DNA of 64,000 nucleotides from Bacillota bacterium (GCA_034189085.1 JAXHVH010000004.1:21821-85820), one strand, 5' to 3'; positions 9,305 to 19,502 are shown, counted from the first letter of the stretch. Numbers and translations: made by a program. Notes: generated by a model not told the origin, from the sequence alone.

Positions 9305-9461
9305 AAATATTGATGAAAACGATAATCAGGATCCAGGCCCACCGGGGGAGGCCTTTAACCTCCCTGCGCCTGATCAGGTCAATGATAGCCCAGACCATAA
9401 GCAGGATTTGCAAAACCAGAAAGGGCCAGAAAATCTTCAGTAGATCCAGGACTTCCTGCAA
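9261..9461 (-). CDS. PLDc_N-domain small membrane protein
   Basis: 66 aa. The LPRWAWILIIVFINIFGPIIYLVFGR motif is typical of the PLD-nuclease N-terminal domain, a family often found 5' of ABC transporters. Confidence 0.55.
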   Translation of the reverse strand: MQEVLDLLKIFWPFLVLQILLMVWAIIDLIRRREVKGLPRWAWILIIVFINIFGPIIYLVFGRGEE

Positions 9462-9485
9462 GGTGGATCACCTCCGTTTTGGATG

Positions 9486-10613
9486 TCAGGCGCCGGTTTT
9501 TACTTCATGGTAAGCCCATTCCAGCCACTGCATGGCCAGGGCCAGGTTTTCTTTATCCACTGTTGCACCGCACCAGAATCGGAGCCCGGAGGGGGCATCG
9601 CGATAGGAAGCGATATCGAAGGCTACCTCTTCTGTTCCCAGCAAACCGACCAGATCCTTGAGTTGTTGGGCATCCAGGTCCACGATCAGGCAGACGCTGG
9701 TGTTTGATCTGACAGCTGGATCAGCTGCCAGAAAATTAATCCAGTCATGCGCTTCAACGAAATCTTCAATTACCTGCAGATTTTCTTTGCTTCTCCTGAT
9801 CAGGGCCGGCAGGCCGCCAATTTTTTCAGCCCAGTCCAGGGCATCCAGATAGTCTTCAGTGCAAAGCATGGAAGGGGTATTGATCGTTGATCCTTCAAAT
9901 ATCCCCTTGATCAGCTTTCCTTTTTTGGCCAGACGGAAGATTTTTGGCAGCGGCCAGGTTGGGGTGTAGCTTTCGATTCGCTCAACAGCCCGTGGAGACA
10001 GGGCCAGCATACCGTGAGCTGCTTCACCTCCCAGCACTTTCTGCCAGGAAAATGTAACTACATCGAGTTTTTCCCAGGGTATTTCCATGGCAAAAACCGC
10101 TGAAGTGGCATCACAGAGAACAAGACCTTTCCTATCAGCGGGAATAAAATCGCCTCCGGGTATTTTTACTCCACTTGTAGTTCCGTTCCAGGTCAATACT
10201 ACATCGTGATCGAAGTTAATTTTTTTGAGGTCGGGCAGGAGACCGTAATCAGCGGCAATGACATTTACTTCGGGCAGTTTGAGCTGTTTTTCGATGTCAT
10301 CTGCCCAGGTCTTGCCGAAAGATTCAAAGTAGAGGGCATCGACCGGCTTCGGCCCCAGCAGGCTCCACATAGCCATTTCAAATGCTCCGGTGTCTGAAGC
10401 AGGAACGATACCGAGCAGATAGTCAGCAGGCATTCCCAGGATTGTTTTTGTTCTTTCTATTGCTTTCTTCAGGCGTGTTTTACCTTCCTTGCTGCGGTGG
10501 GAACGGCCTAGAAGATCTTTTTTCAGCGAGGATAGATCATAGCCTGGCCTTTTAGCGCAGGGCCCGGAAGAAAAATTTGGGCAGGTTGGTTTTTGTTGTG
10601 GTTTTAAGGGCAT
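9486..10613 (-). CDS. serC: Phosphoserine aminotransferase
   Basis: The [14 protein letters not shown]-terminal motif is classic SerC. A GGAGG sits 9 nt upstream of the second ATG (10613), so that start is preferred over the ORF-track start at 10637. Confidence 0.8.
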   Translation of the reverse strand: MPLKPQQKPTCPNFSSGPCAKRPGYDLSSLKKDLLGRSHRSKEGKTRLKKAIERTKTILGMPADYLLGIVPASDTGAFEMAMWSLLGPKPVDALYFESFGKTWADDIEKQLKLPEVNVIAADYGLLPDLKKINFDHDVVLTWNGTTSGVKIPGGDFIPADRKGLVLCDATSAVFAMEIPWEKLDVVTFSWQKVLGGEAAHGMLALSPRAVERIESYTPTWPLPKIFRLAKKGKLIKGIFEGSTINTPSMLCTEDYLDALDWAEKIGGLPALIRRSKENLQVIEDFVEAHDWINFLAADPAVRSNTSVCLIVDLDAQQLKDLVGLLGTEEVAFDIASYRDAPSGLRFWCGATVDKENLALAMQWLEWAYHEVKTGA

Positions 10614-10930
10614 GGTTAAGAACCTCCAAAATATCATGATAGTTGCTTCATCAGCAATAATAATATATCAGTAAAGGTTGTTAGTAAAGGGATTGGTAAT
10701 CTCTATTTTTCAGGCTGCTTTATTTGATTCTCCAAAAATGATGATCATATGCTCACTTGAGTGTCCTATTCTCTCAGTTTGTTCTTTGAACCAGCCTGTA
10801 CTTGTTGTTCTGTGGTATAATTATTTTATCTAAATGATAAAGTTTCTCAAAATGAAGGAATCTTTGCTTGCGCTGGATTGACAAAGAGGAAAACACAATC
10901 ATCGTGGCTAAAAAAAGGATGGGATATTCA

Positions 10931-11917
10931 ATGCGCCGGATTGTTTTTCTTTTGCTGCTGTTCATAACTGTTCCATTTGCCATTGGCTGTGATTCGTCTG
11001 ACAATACTCTGGATGAAAAACCATCACTAACTGTGATCACAACAATCTATCCCCTGGCCGATATTACCCGGCAACTTGGCGGTGATCTGGTAAATGTGAT
11101 TTGTTTATTGCCCACAGGGGCAAGTCCCCACACTTACGAACCGACAGTTGATCAGGCCAGGTTGATCAGTGAAGCGCAGATGTTTGTTTTTATTGGTGCA
11201 GGACTGGATGATTGGGGGGCCGACCTGGCGAATGCTGCCGGACCCAAACTGCATCTAATTGATCTCTCCACTTCTGTTACTCTCCTCGAAGAAGGTGTTC
11301 ATTTAATGCCTGCACCGGTCGACGATAAAGAAGCTTCAACCATCAAACAAGGGCTTTCTGATCTACAGGATAAAGAGTCTGATCATGATCACAGGCAAGG
11401 GACAATGAATCCTCATTACTGGCTTGATCCTGTAATAGTTAGCGATCAGATCTGCCCCTTTATTTTTCAGGAACTGGTTTACCTGTTGCCTGATGAAGAA
11501 GCATATTTCAAGGAAAGAATGGACAATTACTGTAATGAACTGGCCCTTTTAGATGAAGAAATAAAAACGAATGTCGCTTCTTTCAGCAGCAGGAAGTTTA
11601 TAGCGTTCCACTCGGCCTGGCAGTATTTTGCCTCTCGCTACAATTTAGAGCAGGCAGCGGTTATTGCCGGTTCTCCGGGCCGGGAACCATCTGCAGGGTG
11701 GATAGCTGATTTGATCGATCTGGTTGAGCGGGAGCAGATTAAAGCTGTTTTTGCCGAACCGCAATTTTCACAGGATCTGGCGGACAGGATTGCTGAAGAG
11801 GGAGGCATAGAAGTACATATCCTCGATCCTCTGGGTGGGGAGAATATACCGGGAAAAGAAACTTACCTGTCGTTGATGAGATACAATCTGGCCGTATTCA
11901 GGGAAGTGCTTGACTGA
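10931..11917 (+). CDS. znuA: Zinc ABC transporter substrate-binding lipoprotein (ZnuA/TroA family)
   Basis: Signal peptide with lipobox (FAIGC). A His-rich loop DHDHRQG is present along with the TroA-like fold. AAAGGATGG lies upstream of the ATG at 10931. Confidence 0.75.
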   Translation: MRRIVFLLLLFITVPFAIGCDSSDNTLDEKPSLTVITTIYPLADITRQLGGDLVNVICLLPTGASPHTYEPTVDQARLISEAQMFVFIGAGLDDWGADLANAAGPKLHLIDLSTSVTLLEEGVHLMPAPVDDKEASTIKQGLSDLQDKESDHDHRQGTMNPHYWLDPVIVSDQICPFIFQELVYLLPDEEAYFKERMDNYCNELALLDEEIKTNVASFSSRKFIAFHSAWQYFASRYNLEQAAVIAGSPGREPSAGWIADLIDLVEREQIKAVFAEPQFSQDLADRIAEEGGIEVHILDPLGGENIPGKETYLSLMRYNLAVFREVLD

Positions 11918-11959
11918 ATCAAGATAAATTGCAGAAGTTAACGGTGGAGGCTCAATGAA

Positions 11960-12724
11960 ATGGGTGAAATTGTTAGAGCGGATAATTTATTCGTCAGACT
12001 GAGCGGTAAAAATGTTTTGAAAGAAATTAATTTTTCAGTTAGAGAAGGAGAATTGATGGGAGTGATCGGCCCGAATGGCGCCGGGAAAACAACCCTGCTG
12101 CGCGTTATTCTTGGTCTGATTCCCATTTCCCAGGGTCGTCTTGAGGTCCTGGGCAGGTTATACCCGCAACTAAAGAAAGTTCGACCGATGATTGGGTACA
12201 TGCCCCAGCGTAGTTCGTATGAAAAGGACATCCCCCTTTCGGTTACCGACGTGGTGTCTACCGGATTATTGACACCTGCTACCATGCTGCACCGCTTAAC
12301 AAAAGGAAATCTCAGGGTTAAAGAAGCTCTGCAGGCTGTGGATATGGAAAGATATGCCAAGCGCTATTTCCAGGAACTTTCCGGAGGTGAACAGCAGCGT
12401 ATCCTGCTGGCCCGATCACTGGTTCGGAAACCGAAGCTTCTTCTGCTTGACGAACCGAATGCCGGCCTTGATTTTCCAGCTCAGCAGAAATTTACTGCCC
12501 TTCTTCAGGAGCTGCGGGAGCGGGACAAACTAACGATCATCCTTATTTCCCACGATTTAATTTCTATTGCATCTGTTGCTGATCAACTCATTGGCATAAA
12601 CTGTGTGATGCACACGCACGGCCGGCCAGGTGATTTATTAAACTGCCCGGGACTGGATGAGGTCTATCGTTGCCAGTTTGATTTACTTAGTGGTATCGGA
12701 AGAGGAAGAAGGGATCAGAAATGA
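11960..12724 (+). CDS. znuC: Zinc ABC transporter ATP-binding protein
   Basis: Walker A GPNGAGKTT, signature LSGGEQQR, Walker B LLLLDEP. Confidence 0.8.
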   Translation: MGEIVRADNLFVRLSGKNVLKEINFSVREGELMGVIGPNGAGKTTLLRVILGLIPISQGRLEVLGRLYPQLKKVRPMIGYMPQRSSYEKDIPLSVTDVVSTGLLTPATMLHRLTKGNLRVKEALQAVDMERYAKRYFQELSGGEQQRILLARSLVRKPKLLLLDEPNAGLDFPAQQKFTALLQELRERDKLTIILISHDLISIASVADQLIGINCVMHTHGRPGDLLNCPGLDEVYRCQFDLLSGIGRGRRDQK

Positions 12725-13560
12725 GCGAAATGCTGAATTACGATTTCATGCAGCGGGCCTTGATTGCGGCTTTCCTGGTGGGGACCCTTTGCTCAGTACT
12801 TTCTTTTTTCGTTGTTCTGAAGCGGCTGTCCTTTCTGGGAGCGGGGATTTCTCACACTGCCCTCGGTGGGATTGCCATCGGGTTAGTTACAGGAATCGAT
12901 CCCGTTCTGACGGGAAGCATTTTCTCCGTGCTGACAGCAATGGGGGTTGGTTATGTCAGCAGGGCAGGTAAAATGAGTGTCGACACTGTGATTGGAATAT
13001 TTTATGCCGCCGGGATGGCCCTGGGCATAGCTTTAATCAGTGCTTTTGAAGGGTACTACCCTGAACTATTTTCCCTCCTTTTTGGTAATATCCTTTCGGT
13101 ATCCTTCCGCGATCTCTTGTTGATGGGGATTATCCTGTTATTGACTCTGGCTTTTATAGTTCTCTTTTTTAAAGAACTTTTGGCAATCTGTTTTGACGAA
13201 GAAATGGCTGAAGCAGGAGGGCTGCCGGTTGGCCCACTTTATATGGTTTTACTGGCGGTGATGGGTTTAACAGTCATAGTTTCAATTCAGCTGGTTGGCA
13301 TTGTTCTGGTGGCTGCTTTAATTGTTATCCCCGGTGCTGCAGCGCTCAGGATAAGCAAAAATTACCGCGGTATGCTGGCTCTTTCACTTTTTTTTGGACT
13401 GGTGGGCAGTATTGGTGGTCTTGTGCTATCGTATTTTTACCCTGTTCCGCCGGGGGCAGCGATTGTGCTTATTCTAACTCTGTTATTTATATTAACCCTG
13501 GTGTTGAATTTTTTCCTGGAGAAAAAACTCCAGAGAAGAGGTTCATTTGAGCAGAGATGA
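12721..13560 (+). CDS. znuB: Zinc/manganese ABC transporter permease
   Basis: 279 aa polytopic membrane protein of ABC-3 family type. Translationally coupled to znuC by an ATGA overlap. Confidence 0.8.
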   Translation: MSEMLNYDFMQRALIAAFLVGTLCSVLSFFVVLKRLSFLGAGISHTALGGIAIGLVTGIDPVLTGSIFSVLTAMGVGYVSRAGKMSVDTVIGIFYAAGMALGIALISAFEGYYPELFSLLFGNILSVSFRDLLLMGIILLLTLAFIVLFFKELLAICFDEEMAEAGGLPVGPLYMVLLAVMGLTVIVSIQLVGIVLVAALIVIPGAAALRISKNYRGMLALSLFFGLVGSIGGLVLSYFYPVPPGAAIVLILTLLFILTLVLNFFLEKKLQRRGSFEQR

Positions 13561-13611
13561 AGGCCTGGCCCGTCTGGACAGGCCAGGTAATAATTAAAGG
13601 AAGGATCGAAA

Positions 13612-14082
13612 ATGGCGGACACTGCCTTTGTGGATAAAGCGAAACAGACTCTGCGAAATGATGGCTACAAGCTAACCGGGCCGCGCCTGGCTATCCTTGA
13701 ATTTATGCTTGAAAGTGAAAGACCTTATAGCATGAAGGAAATCTGCTGTGGGCTGCAGAAGAAATTTTCCGGAATTGGCACTGCCACGGTATACCGCAAC
13801 GTGAATCTTTTTCTCAAGCTGGGGATCTTCCGCACTTCCCCGGTCAATAACAACCAATTTTATTATACAATCAACCGGCCCCGAGATGAGCATCATCATA
13901 TGATTTGTTTACAATGCGGTACCCGGGTTGAGTTCAACGGCTGCAATTTTGATCTCATTGCGAAAGAAATTGAAAAGAATACACATTTTGAGATATACGA
14001 TCATACCCTTGAAGTTTACGGGCTTTGCCCCGGTTGTTTGGCTAAACGAAAAGACTATGCCTGTGATAGAGAGGCAGACTAA
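13612..14082 (+). CDS. zur: Fur-family transcriptional regulator, likely zinc uptake regulator Zur
   Basis: 156 aa with a Fur fold and an HHHMICLQCG...CPGC metal site. It is the last gene of the znu operon. Confidence 0.7.
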   Translation: MADTAFVDKAKQTLRNDGYKLTGPRLAILEFMLESERPYSMKEICCGLQKKFSGIGTATVYRNVNLFLKLGIFRTSPVNNNQFYYTINRPRDEHHHMICLQCGTRVEFNGCNFDLIAKEIEKNTHFEIYDHTLEVYGLCPGCLAKRKDYACDREAD

Positions 14083-14098
14083 ACATGATTGCGCAGCA

Positions 14099-14767
14099 TC
14101 AACTCGGCAGGGTGCGGTTGCAGGTAAGTTTGCCGGCGGCAACCAGCTTTCCCATTCTGGCAAGATGTTTCATACTGTGGGCCATCAGTTGTAGCTTGTG
14201 GCGGGCATGAAAATCGATCAATTTTTTATAGTCAGGATTGGCATTCATAAAATCTTTCCAGCGACGGCAGCAGAAGACCTTTTCAATAAAATTTTCCCGC
14301 AGCCGGGCATCATTGAGCCGGCCTTCATCTTCAACCGGCAGGAGAGGAAAAGACTTCACAAATGATTCAGCGAAGAGGCCGCGGCCGCTTTTGAATCGGT
14401 TCATGGAATTTTGATAAACCTTAATCCTGTAGAGTCCACAGCTGGGCGATTTACTCTTGAAGATGAAGCCGCACAGATCATCTTTTTTAAGTTCATCAAT
14501 TCTTGCTTTGCAAAAACGGATCATGACATCAGTGTGATCGATATTGTTTTTTACAGTTATCATCCTGGGCGCAGCCGGGTCGCCTTTCAGGTCAAGCGCT
14601 TCCCGGGGCATCGGTAGTCCGCATTCCATCTCGGGACAGACATAAACGAAATCGAAAAACTGTCCCAGTATGCCGGTTATGTAAGGATTAAGTTTATGCC
14701 CTCCATCATAGCGAACGCTGTGGCCAAGCAAACACTTGCTGACACCAACCCGTATCTTATCGCTCAC
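14099..14767 (-). CDS. DUF523/DUF1722 family protein (YbgA/TudS-like, putative Fe-S desulfurase-type fold)
   Basis: 222 aa. The N-terminus IRVGVSKCLLGHSVRYDGGHK with conserved Cys is characteristic of DUF523. The C-terminal half resembles DUF1722. Confidence 0.55.
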   Translation of the reverse strand: MSDKIRVGVSKCLLGHSVRYDGGHKLNPYITGILGQFFDFVYVCPEMECGLPMPREALDLKGDPAAPRMITVKNNIDHTDVMIRFCKARIDELKKDDLCGFIFKSKSPSCGLYRIKVYQNSMNRFKSGRGLFAESFVKSFPLLPVEDEGRLNDARLRENFIEKVFCCRRWKDFMNANPDYKKLIDFHARHKLQLMAHSMKHLARMGKLVAAGKLTCNRTLPS

Positions 14768-15097
14768 GTTTTATTCTCCCGGTTTTCTTTTCTCGGATTC
14801 AATTCGCCCGTGGCCTTTCTTAATCCTTTAGCAATAAACGATACTGGAAAATTCTTTTTGAGGTATGGGCAAAGGATGTTACTTGAGGTATATTGAAAGT
14901 AAATATTTTTACTGCATGCAAGAACTGTATTTATTTATAATTCGGGTTGCTTCATCCCCGGAGTAAAAAAATAAATTTGTTTACCATTAAAACAGATGCT
15001 GGACAATAAAGCTAAATTGGCAGGACTGTTTATAGGGAACCGGAAGCGCAGCTTAAGTGTCTAAGTACCTGATTGATTGTAAGCATATGCTGGGGGA

Positions 15098-16033
15098 GTG
15101 GAAAATATGATAGGAAGAAAGGGAAGGTTAATTTTTGCAGTTGCAGTGATTCTGTTGTTTATTACGGCTGGAGGATGTGGTAGTGAAGAAACATCGTTGA
15201 TTGAACAGGAGATCCTATTTGAAGAAGGTATTTTTATCGGGCAGATAGACAGCCAATCCGTAGAGATAGAAATTGACGGGCAGCCCAGGGCTTTTGCTAT
15301 CGGAACAGGAGTCATGGTAACCGATATTGCCGATGGGGCGAAAGTTTCTTTTACCTATGTGGAAGAAGAGCGCCCTGTTATCCTTTCAATTGAAGTGAAG
15401 GGGGATGTTCGGGAGAATGAAGGTATTTATACGGGGCAGATTGACAGCCATTCTGTGGAAATAGAGGTAGATGGTCAATACATGGCTTTCGAATTGGCCG
15501 AAAATCTTAATATTGATGAAATTGCTGATGGATCCAGGGTTGCTTTCAGTTACCGTGAAAGCGACACCAGGCCGGTGTTGCTTTCGATAAAGGTTCTTGA
15601 AGAACCGGGGGATATTGAAAATGGTGAACCAGACAGCGAAGAAACGGGTGAACTGGTCGGCGAAGGAATATTAAGTGGCCAGATCGATGCAAATTCGGTT
15701 GAGATAGAAATTGTCAGGCCTTTTATTCTTGGTGAAGGAGTAGAAATGACTGGTATAGAAGATGGTTCGCTGGTGGCTTTCACTTTTTCTGAAAGTGGAC
15801 AGAGAGCGGTTCTCGATTCGATAGAAGCAGTTGAGGAGCCGGTTGAAGGTGAAGTGATGCATGGGACCCTGATCGGGCAGATCGATAGCCAGTCAGTTGA
15901 AATAAGGTATTTTCGAGCTTTTGCACTTGGTCAGGGAGTAAGTGTCGAAGAAATTGCTGATGGTTCGGAAATAGTTTTTACATATGTTGAAGGGCCCCAC
16001 CGGCCAATTCTCAGTTCAATAAGCCGGCGATAA
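15098..16033 (+). CDS. Lipoprotein composed of four tandem ~75-aa internal repeats (GQID-x-SVEIE motif), function unknown
   Basis: Signal peptide plus lipobox ITAGGC. Four repeats begin G(I/Q)IDSQSVEIEIDGQ...AF...G..V..IADGS.V.F.Y.E..RPV.LSI. Confidence 0.6.
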   Translation: MENMIGRKGRLIFAVAVILLFITAGGCGSEETSLIEQEILFEEGIFIGQIDSQSVEIEIDGQPRAFAIGTGVMVTDIADGAKVSFTYVEEERPVILSIEVKGDVRENEGIYTGQIDSHSVEIEVDGQYMAFELAENLNIDEIADGSRVAFSYRESDTRPVLLSIKVLEEPGDIENGEPDSEETGELVGEGILSGQIDANSVEIEIVRPFILGEGVEMTGIEDGSLVAFTFSESGQRAVLDSIEAVEEPVEGEVMHGTLIGQIDSQSVEIRYFRAFALGQGVSVEEIADGSEIVFTYVEGPHRPILSSISRR

Positions 16034-16220
16034 AATTCCGGTGCAAAGACCTGCAGCCATCTGTTCTCTACTGTGGGCAGATGGCTTTTTTATGGATGCC
16101 TTGTAATTGTTGCCTAGCCTCTTGTTTATTACAGGTAGAACATGTTAATATGTATGGGCGATATGAGAAAAAATGGCGGATGAATTATAGATAAGTACTG
16201 TATCCGAGAGGGGTATTTAG

Positions 16221-17561
16221 ATGATTAAGTGCCAGAACTGCGGCATGAGCTATGATGAAGAAGAATATGGTTTCTGTCCGTACTGCGGGAATGTTCCGAG
16301 AGAGGAACGGGATGGTGAAGAAGAAAGTCTTCCTGTCGAGAAGGAATCGACACCAGCAGAAGTTGCTCCTGGTGAGCCTAAAAAAACGGCAAAAGGAAAG
16401 CTCAAATTTGTTCTTCTCGGTTTGGCCCTGGTTATAGCAGCTGCCGTTCTTGTTTTAGTCTTCTTTCCCTTTGGGGAAGCAGGAGTAACTGTCCCCGGAC
16501 AGTATGCTACCATCCAGGAAGCAATCGATGCAGCACAGGACGGAGATGAAATTGTAGTTCAGGTAGGTATTTACCGGGAGAACATTGATTTCAGGGGAAA
16601 AAATATCATTCTGAAAAGTACCGATCCTGGCAATCCGGAAATTGTTTCTGAAACAATTATCGATGGTGGCGGAAGTGGAACAGTTGTTTCATTCAGAAGC
16701 GGCGAAACCGAAGAAGCAGTTCTCAGCGGATTTACTGTAACCGGGGGCAGCGGAATTTTGGTTTCCGGCGAAAGTTCTCCGCGTATCGAGAAGTGTACAA
16801 TCGAAGATAATAAAGCTGAATACGGGGCTGGAATTGCTGTTTTTGATTCTTCGCCCCATATTTTGAATAACGATATTTTAAACAACTCCGGTTTTTTAGG
16901 CGGAGGAATCTTTATTGAAGAATCGTCACCCCTGGTTGAAGGCAATACCATTACCCGTAATAACGCAGAAATGGGTAGCGGAGTTGTAATTATATCAAAT
17001 TCTTCGCCAACCCTGATTAATAATACAATCAGCAACAACAGGGCTACCCGCCTGGGCGGAGGCCTGGTTGTTGCCCTTGGCTCGACGCCGACGATCAACG
17101 ACAACACAATCAGCGGCAATGCTGCAGAAAGAAACGGCGGCGGTATGCTCATTGAGGAATCGGAACCGGTTATTGAAGACAACATGATCAGTCAGAACAG
17201 GGCTGCAAACGGAGGAGGGATCTTTGTGGTCAACGCCATGGATACAGCTCTCTTAATTACCGGTAATGATATCAACGGAAACCTTGCTTACATCGCCGGT
17301 GGAGGCCTTTACATGGAAGGATCATCGCCTACCCTGGATAGTAATACTTTCAGCGACAACATTTCGGAACATCTGGGAGGCGCAGCGGCCGTTTATAACT
17401 CGGCTCCGGTATTCCTGCGAAATATATTTGAAAACAATCAGGCCGGTGATCCTGACGGAGGCGGGGCAGTTTGGGTCTCGGCAGATTCTGTCCTTGAACT
17501 GAATGACCCTGATGATAATACCTACACAATGAACCTGCCGAATGATCTATCTTTTGAATAG
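16221..17561 (+). CDS. Membrane-anchored right-handed parallel beta-helix repeat protein with N-terminal cytoplasmic zinc ribbon
   Basis: CQNCG...CPYCG zinc ribbon, one TM helix, then about 12 repeats of the NNxISxNxAxxGGGI type (PbH1-like). Confidence 0.6.
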   Translation: MIKCQNCGMSYDEEEYGFCPYCGNVPREERDGEEESLPVEKESTPAEVAPGEPKKTAKGKLKFVLLGLALVIAAAVLVLVFFPFGEAGVTVPGQYATIQEAIDAAQDGDEIVVQVGIYRENIDFRGKNIILKSTDPGNPEIVSETIIDGGGSGTVVSFRSGETEEAVLSGFTVTGGSGILVSGESSPRIEKCTIEDNKAEYGAGIAVFDSSPHILNNDILNNSGFLGGGIFIEESSPLVEGNTITRNNAEMGSGVVIISNSSPTLINNTISNNRATRLGGGLVVALGSTPTINDNTISGNAAERNGGGMLIEESEPVIEDNMISQNRAANGGGIFVVNAMDTALLITGNDINGNLAYIAGGGLYMEGSSPTLDSNTFSDNISEHLGGAAAVYNSAPVFLRNIFENNQAGDPDGGGAVWVSADSVLELNDPDDNTYTMNLPNDLSFE

Positions 17562-17612
17562 GGTTGCTTCTTTTTATAGCTACAGCGATCTGGAAAGGAG
17601 CTTGAACGAACA

Positions 17613-19343
17613 ATGAGTGAAGAAAAAAGAAAAATTCCCCGCAAGGGTAAAATAATTGGCCTGATAATAGGGGTAATAGTAATTGCGGCAATTGCAGTGT
17701 CTGCTTATCTGTTTTTATCTGATTCCAATTTAGAAGTACCGGGAGATTACCGCACCATTCAGGATGCCATTGAAGCAGCTGAAGACGGGGACATTATTAT
17801 TGTCGAACCTGGTGTTTATTATGAGCAGATCGACTTTATGGGGAAAGATATTACTGTGCGCAGTATCGACCCGGAAGATCCGGCTGTGGTTGCGGAGACG
17901 GTTATCGATGGCCGCAAGAGGGGATCAGTGGTCACTTTTAAAAGTGGTGAAAGTGCGGAAGCTGTTTTACAGGGTTTTACCATTACCAATGGTGTAGGGA
18001 CGGAGCAGGTAGTTTCCCATCAATATGAGGGGAGCGATTTAACTAATGAAGGAACCTACGGCGGGGGTATTTTTATCAGCGAAAGCAGTTCGCCGACCAT
18101 TACTCAGAACGTGATCAAGGATAATGCTGTCGACATGGATGGCGGTGGAATAGCCATATTCTATGGTTCCAATCCAGCAATTAGCAATAATACCTTTGAA
18201 AACAATTCTGCTTCCAACGGAGGAGGTATTTCTGTCTGGGATGCCAGCCCGATCATTGAAAACAACCTGCTGCGGGAAAATAGAGCTTCCAATATGGGTG
18301 GTGGTGTAACAGTAGATTACCAGTCAGCGCCGCGGGTCAGTGGTAATGAGATCGAAGAAAACAGTGCTACCAGCGGCGGAGGCATTGCCGTATGGTATTC
18401 TGAACCTCTGTTGACGGGGAATACTATTTTAGAAAACCATGCCATCTGGTTCGGAGGCGGGATCGTGGTTATGGACGGAACGCCCACTATTGATGGTAAT
18501 GATATATCAAGGAATACAGCCGAAAACAACGGCGGTGGAATTGCTGTAGCTGAAAGCGCTGCACCGGAGATCCGCAATAACAGTATCGCCAAAAATTATA
18601 CCACTGAAAACGGTGGAGGCATTGCCGTAGTCGAGGACAGCACTCCAGTCATCACTGACAACTTTATTGCTGATAACGTGGTGCTATATGGTGGTGGTGG
18701 AATCTATATCAACGAATCTTCTCCGGTAATCGACGGCAACAACATCACCGGAAACCTTGTTGAACAAGACGGCGGTGGAATTGCTGTTTTAAATGGTTCT
18801 TCTCCAACTGTTCAAAACAATATTATCGACGAAAACGTAGCTGGAAGGGCTGGAGGAGGCCTTGCTATAGGCGGGGAATCGGAAGTTGAACTCCAGCAAA
18901 ATACCATTGCCGGTAATGTGGCAAACAGCGGAGGCGGCCTGTTCATTCAGAATGCGGTTGTCCTTGTGGTTGAGAATGATCTTGCCCGGAATATAGCCCA
19001 GGGTGAAGGCGGTTCTGGTGGCGGTATCATAATCGTTCAGCAATCGACTGTTGAAGTGAGGAAAAACACATTTACCGGCAATACCGCCCAGGAATTCGGG
19101 GGAGGCCTGGTGTCTTTTGATGAATCGGTGATAGTTTTATCCGGCAATGATTTTGTTGATAATGTTGCCGAGATGGGTGGCGCTTATATAGTATTTGGTG
19201 ACTCAGTCCTGGAGATTAGTGAACCGGATGACAATACCTACAGCGGTAATGTGCCGGAAGATACCGAAGGCGGAGCCAAAGAAAGAACGCCGGAAGAGCC
19301 TGAGGGCGAACCAGTAGAAGATCTAGAGGGAAGTGGAGAGTAG
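17613..19343 (+). CDS. Membrane-anchored parallel beta-helix repeat protein (paralog of upstream gene) with acidic C-terminal tail
   Basis: A basic N-terminus precedes one TM helix. The segment PGDYRTIQDAIEAAEDGD...GESAEAVLQGFTITNG parallels the upstream protein, followed by more than 15 beta-helix repeats. The tail is EEPEGEPVEDLEGSGE. Confidence 0.6.
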   Translation: MSEEKRKIPRKGKIIGLIIGVIVIAAIAVSAYLFLSDSNLEVPGDYRTIQDAIEAAEDGDIIIVEPGVYYEQIDFMGKDITVRSIDPEDPAVVAETVIDGRKRGSVVTFKSGESAEAVLQGFTITNGVGTEQVVSHQYEGSDLTNEGTYGGGIFISESSSPTITQNVIKDNAVDMDGGGIAIFYGSNPAISNNTFENNSASNGGGISVWDASPIIENNLLRENRASNMGGGVTVDYQSAPRVSGNEIEENSATSGGGIAVWYSEPLLTGNTILENHAIWFGGGIVVMDGTPTIDGNDISRNTAENNGGGIAVAESAAPEIRNNSIAKNYTTENGGGIAVVEDSTPVITDNFIADNVVLYGGGGIYINESSPVIDGNNITGNLVEQDGGGIAVLNGSSPTVQNNIIDENVAGRAGGGLAIGGESEVELQQNTIAGNVANSGGGLFIQNAVVLVVENDLARNIAQGEGGSGGGIIIVQQSTVEVRKNTFTGNTAQEFGGGLVSFDESVIVLSGNDFVDNVAEMGGAYIVFGDSVLEISEPDDNTYSGNVPEDTEGGAKERTPEEPEGEPVEDLEGSGE

Positions 19344-19375
19344 GCAGGCTGTGGCCCATCATTGAAAAGAAGAGG

Positions 19376-19404
19376 AACAACCCGCCGTGAGGCGGGTTGT
19401 TTTA
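19376..19404 (+). terminator. Intrinsic terminator after beta-helix gene pair
   Basis: Stem AACAACCCGCC/GGCGGGTTGTT (11 bp), loop GTGA, followed by TTTA. Confidence 0.6.
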
Positions 19405-19502
19405 CGGCTCGAGTTTGAGGGCAGGCATTATCGCATGATTCTCTTCAGAACCGGGTAAAAATGCAACCCGCAGATATTAGTTTAAATATTTCCCTGAAGC
19501 TG

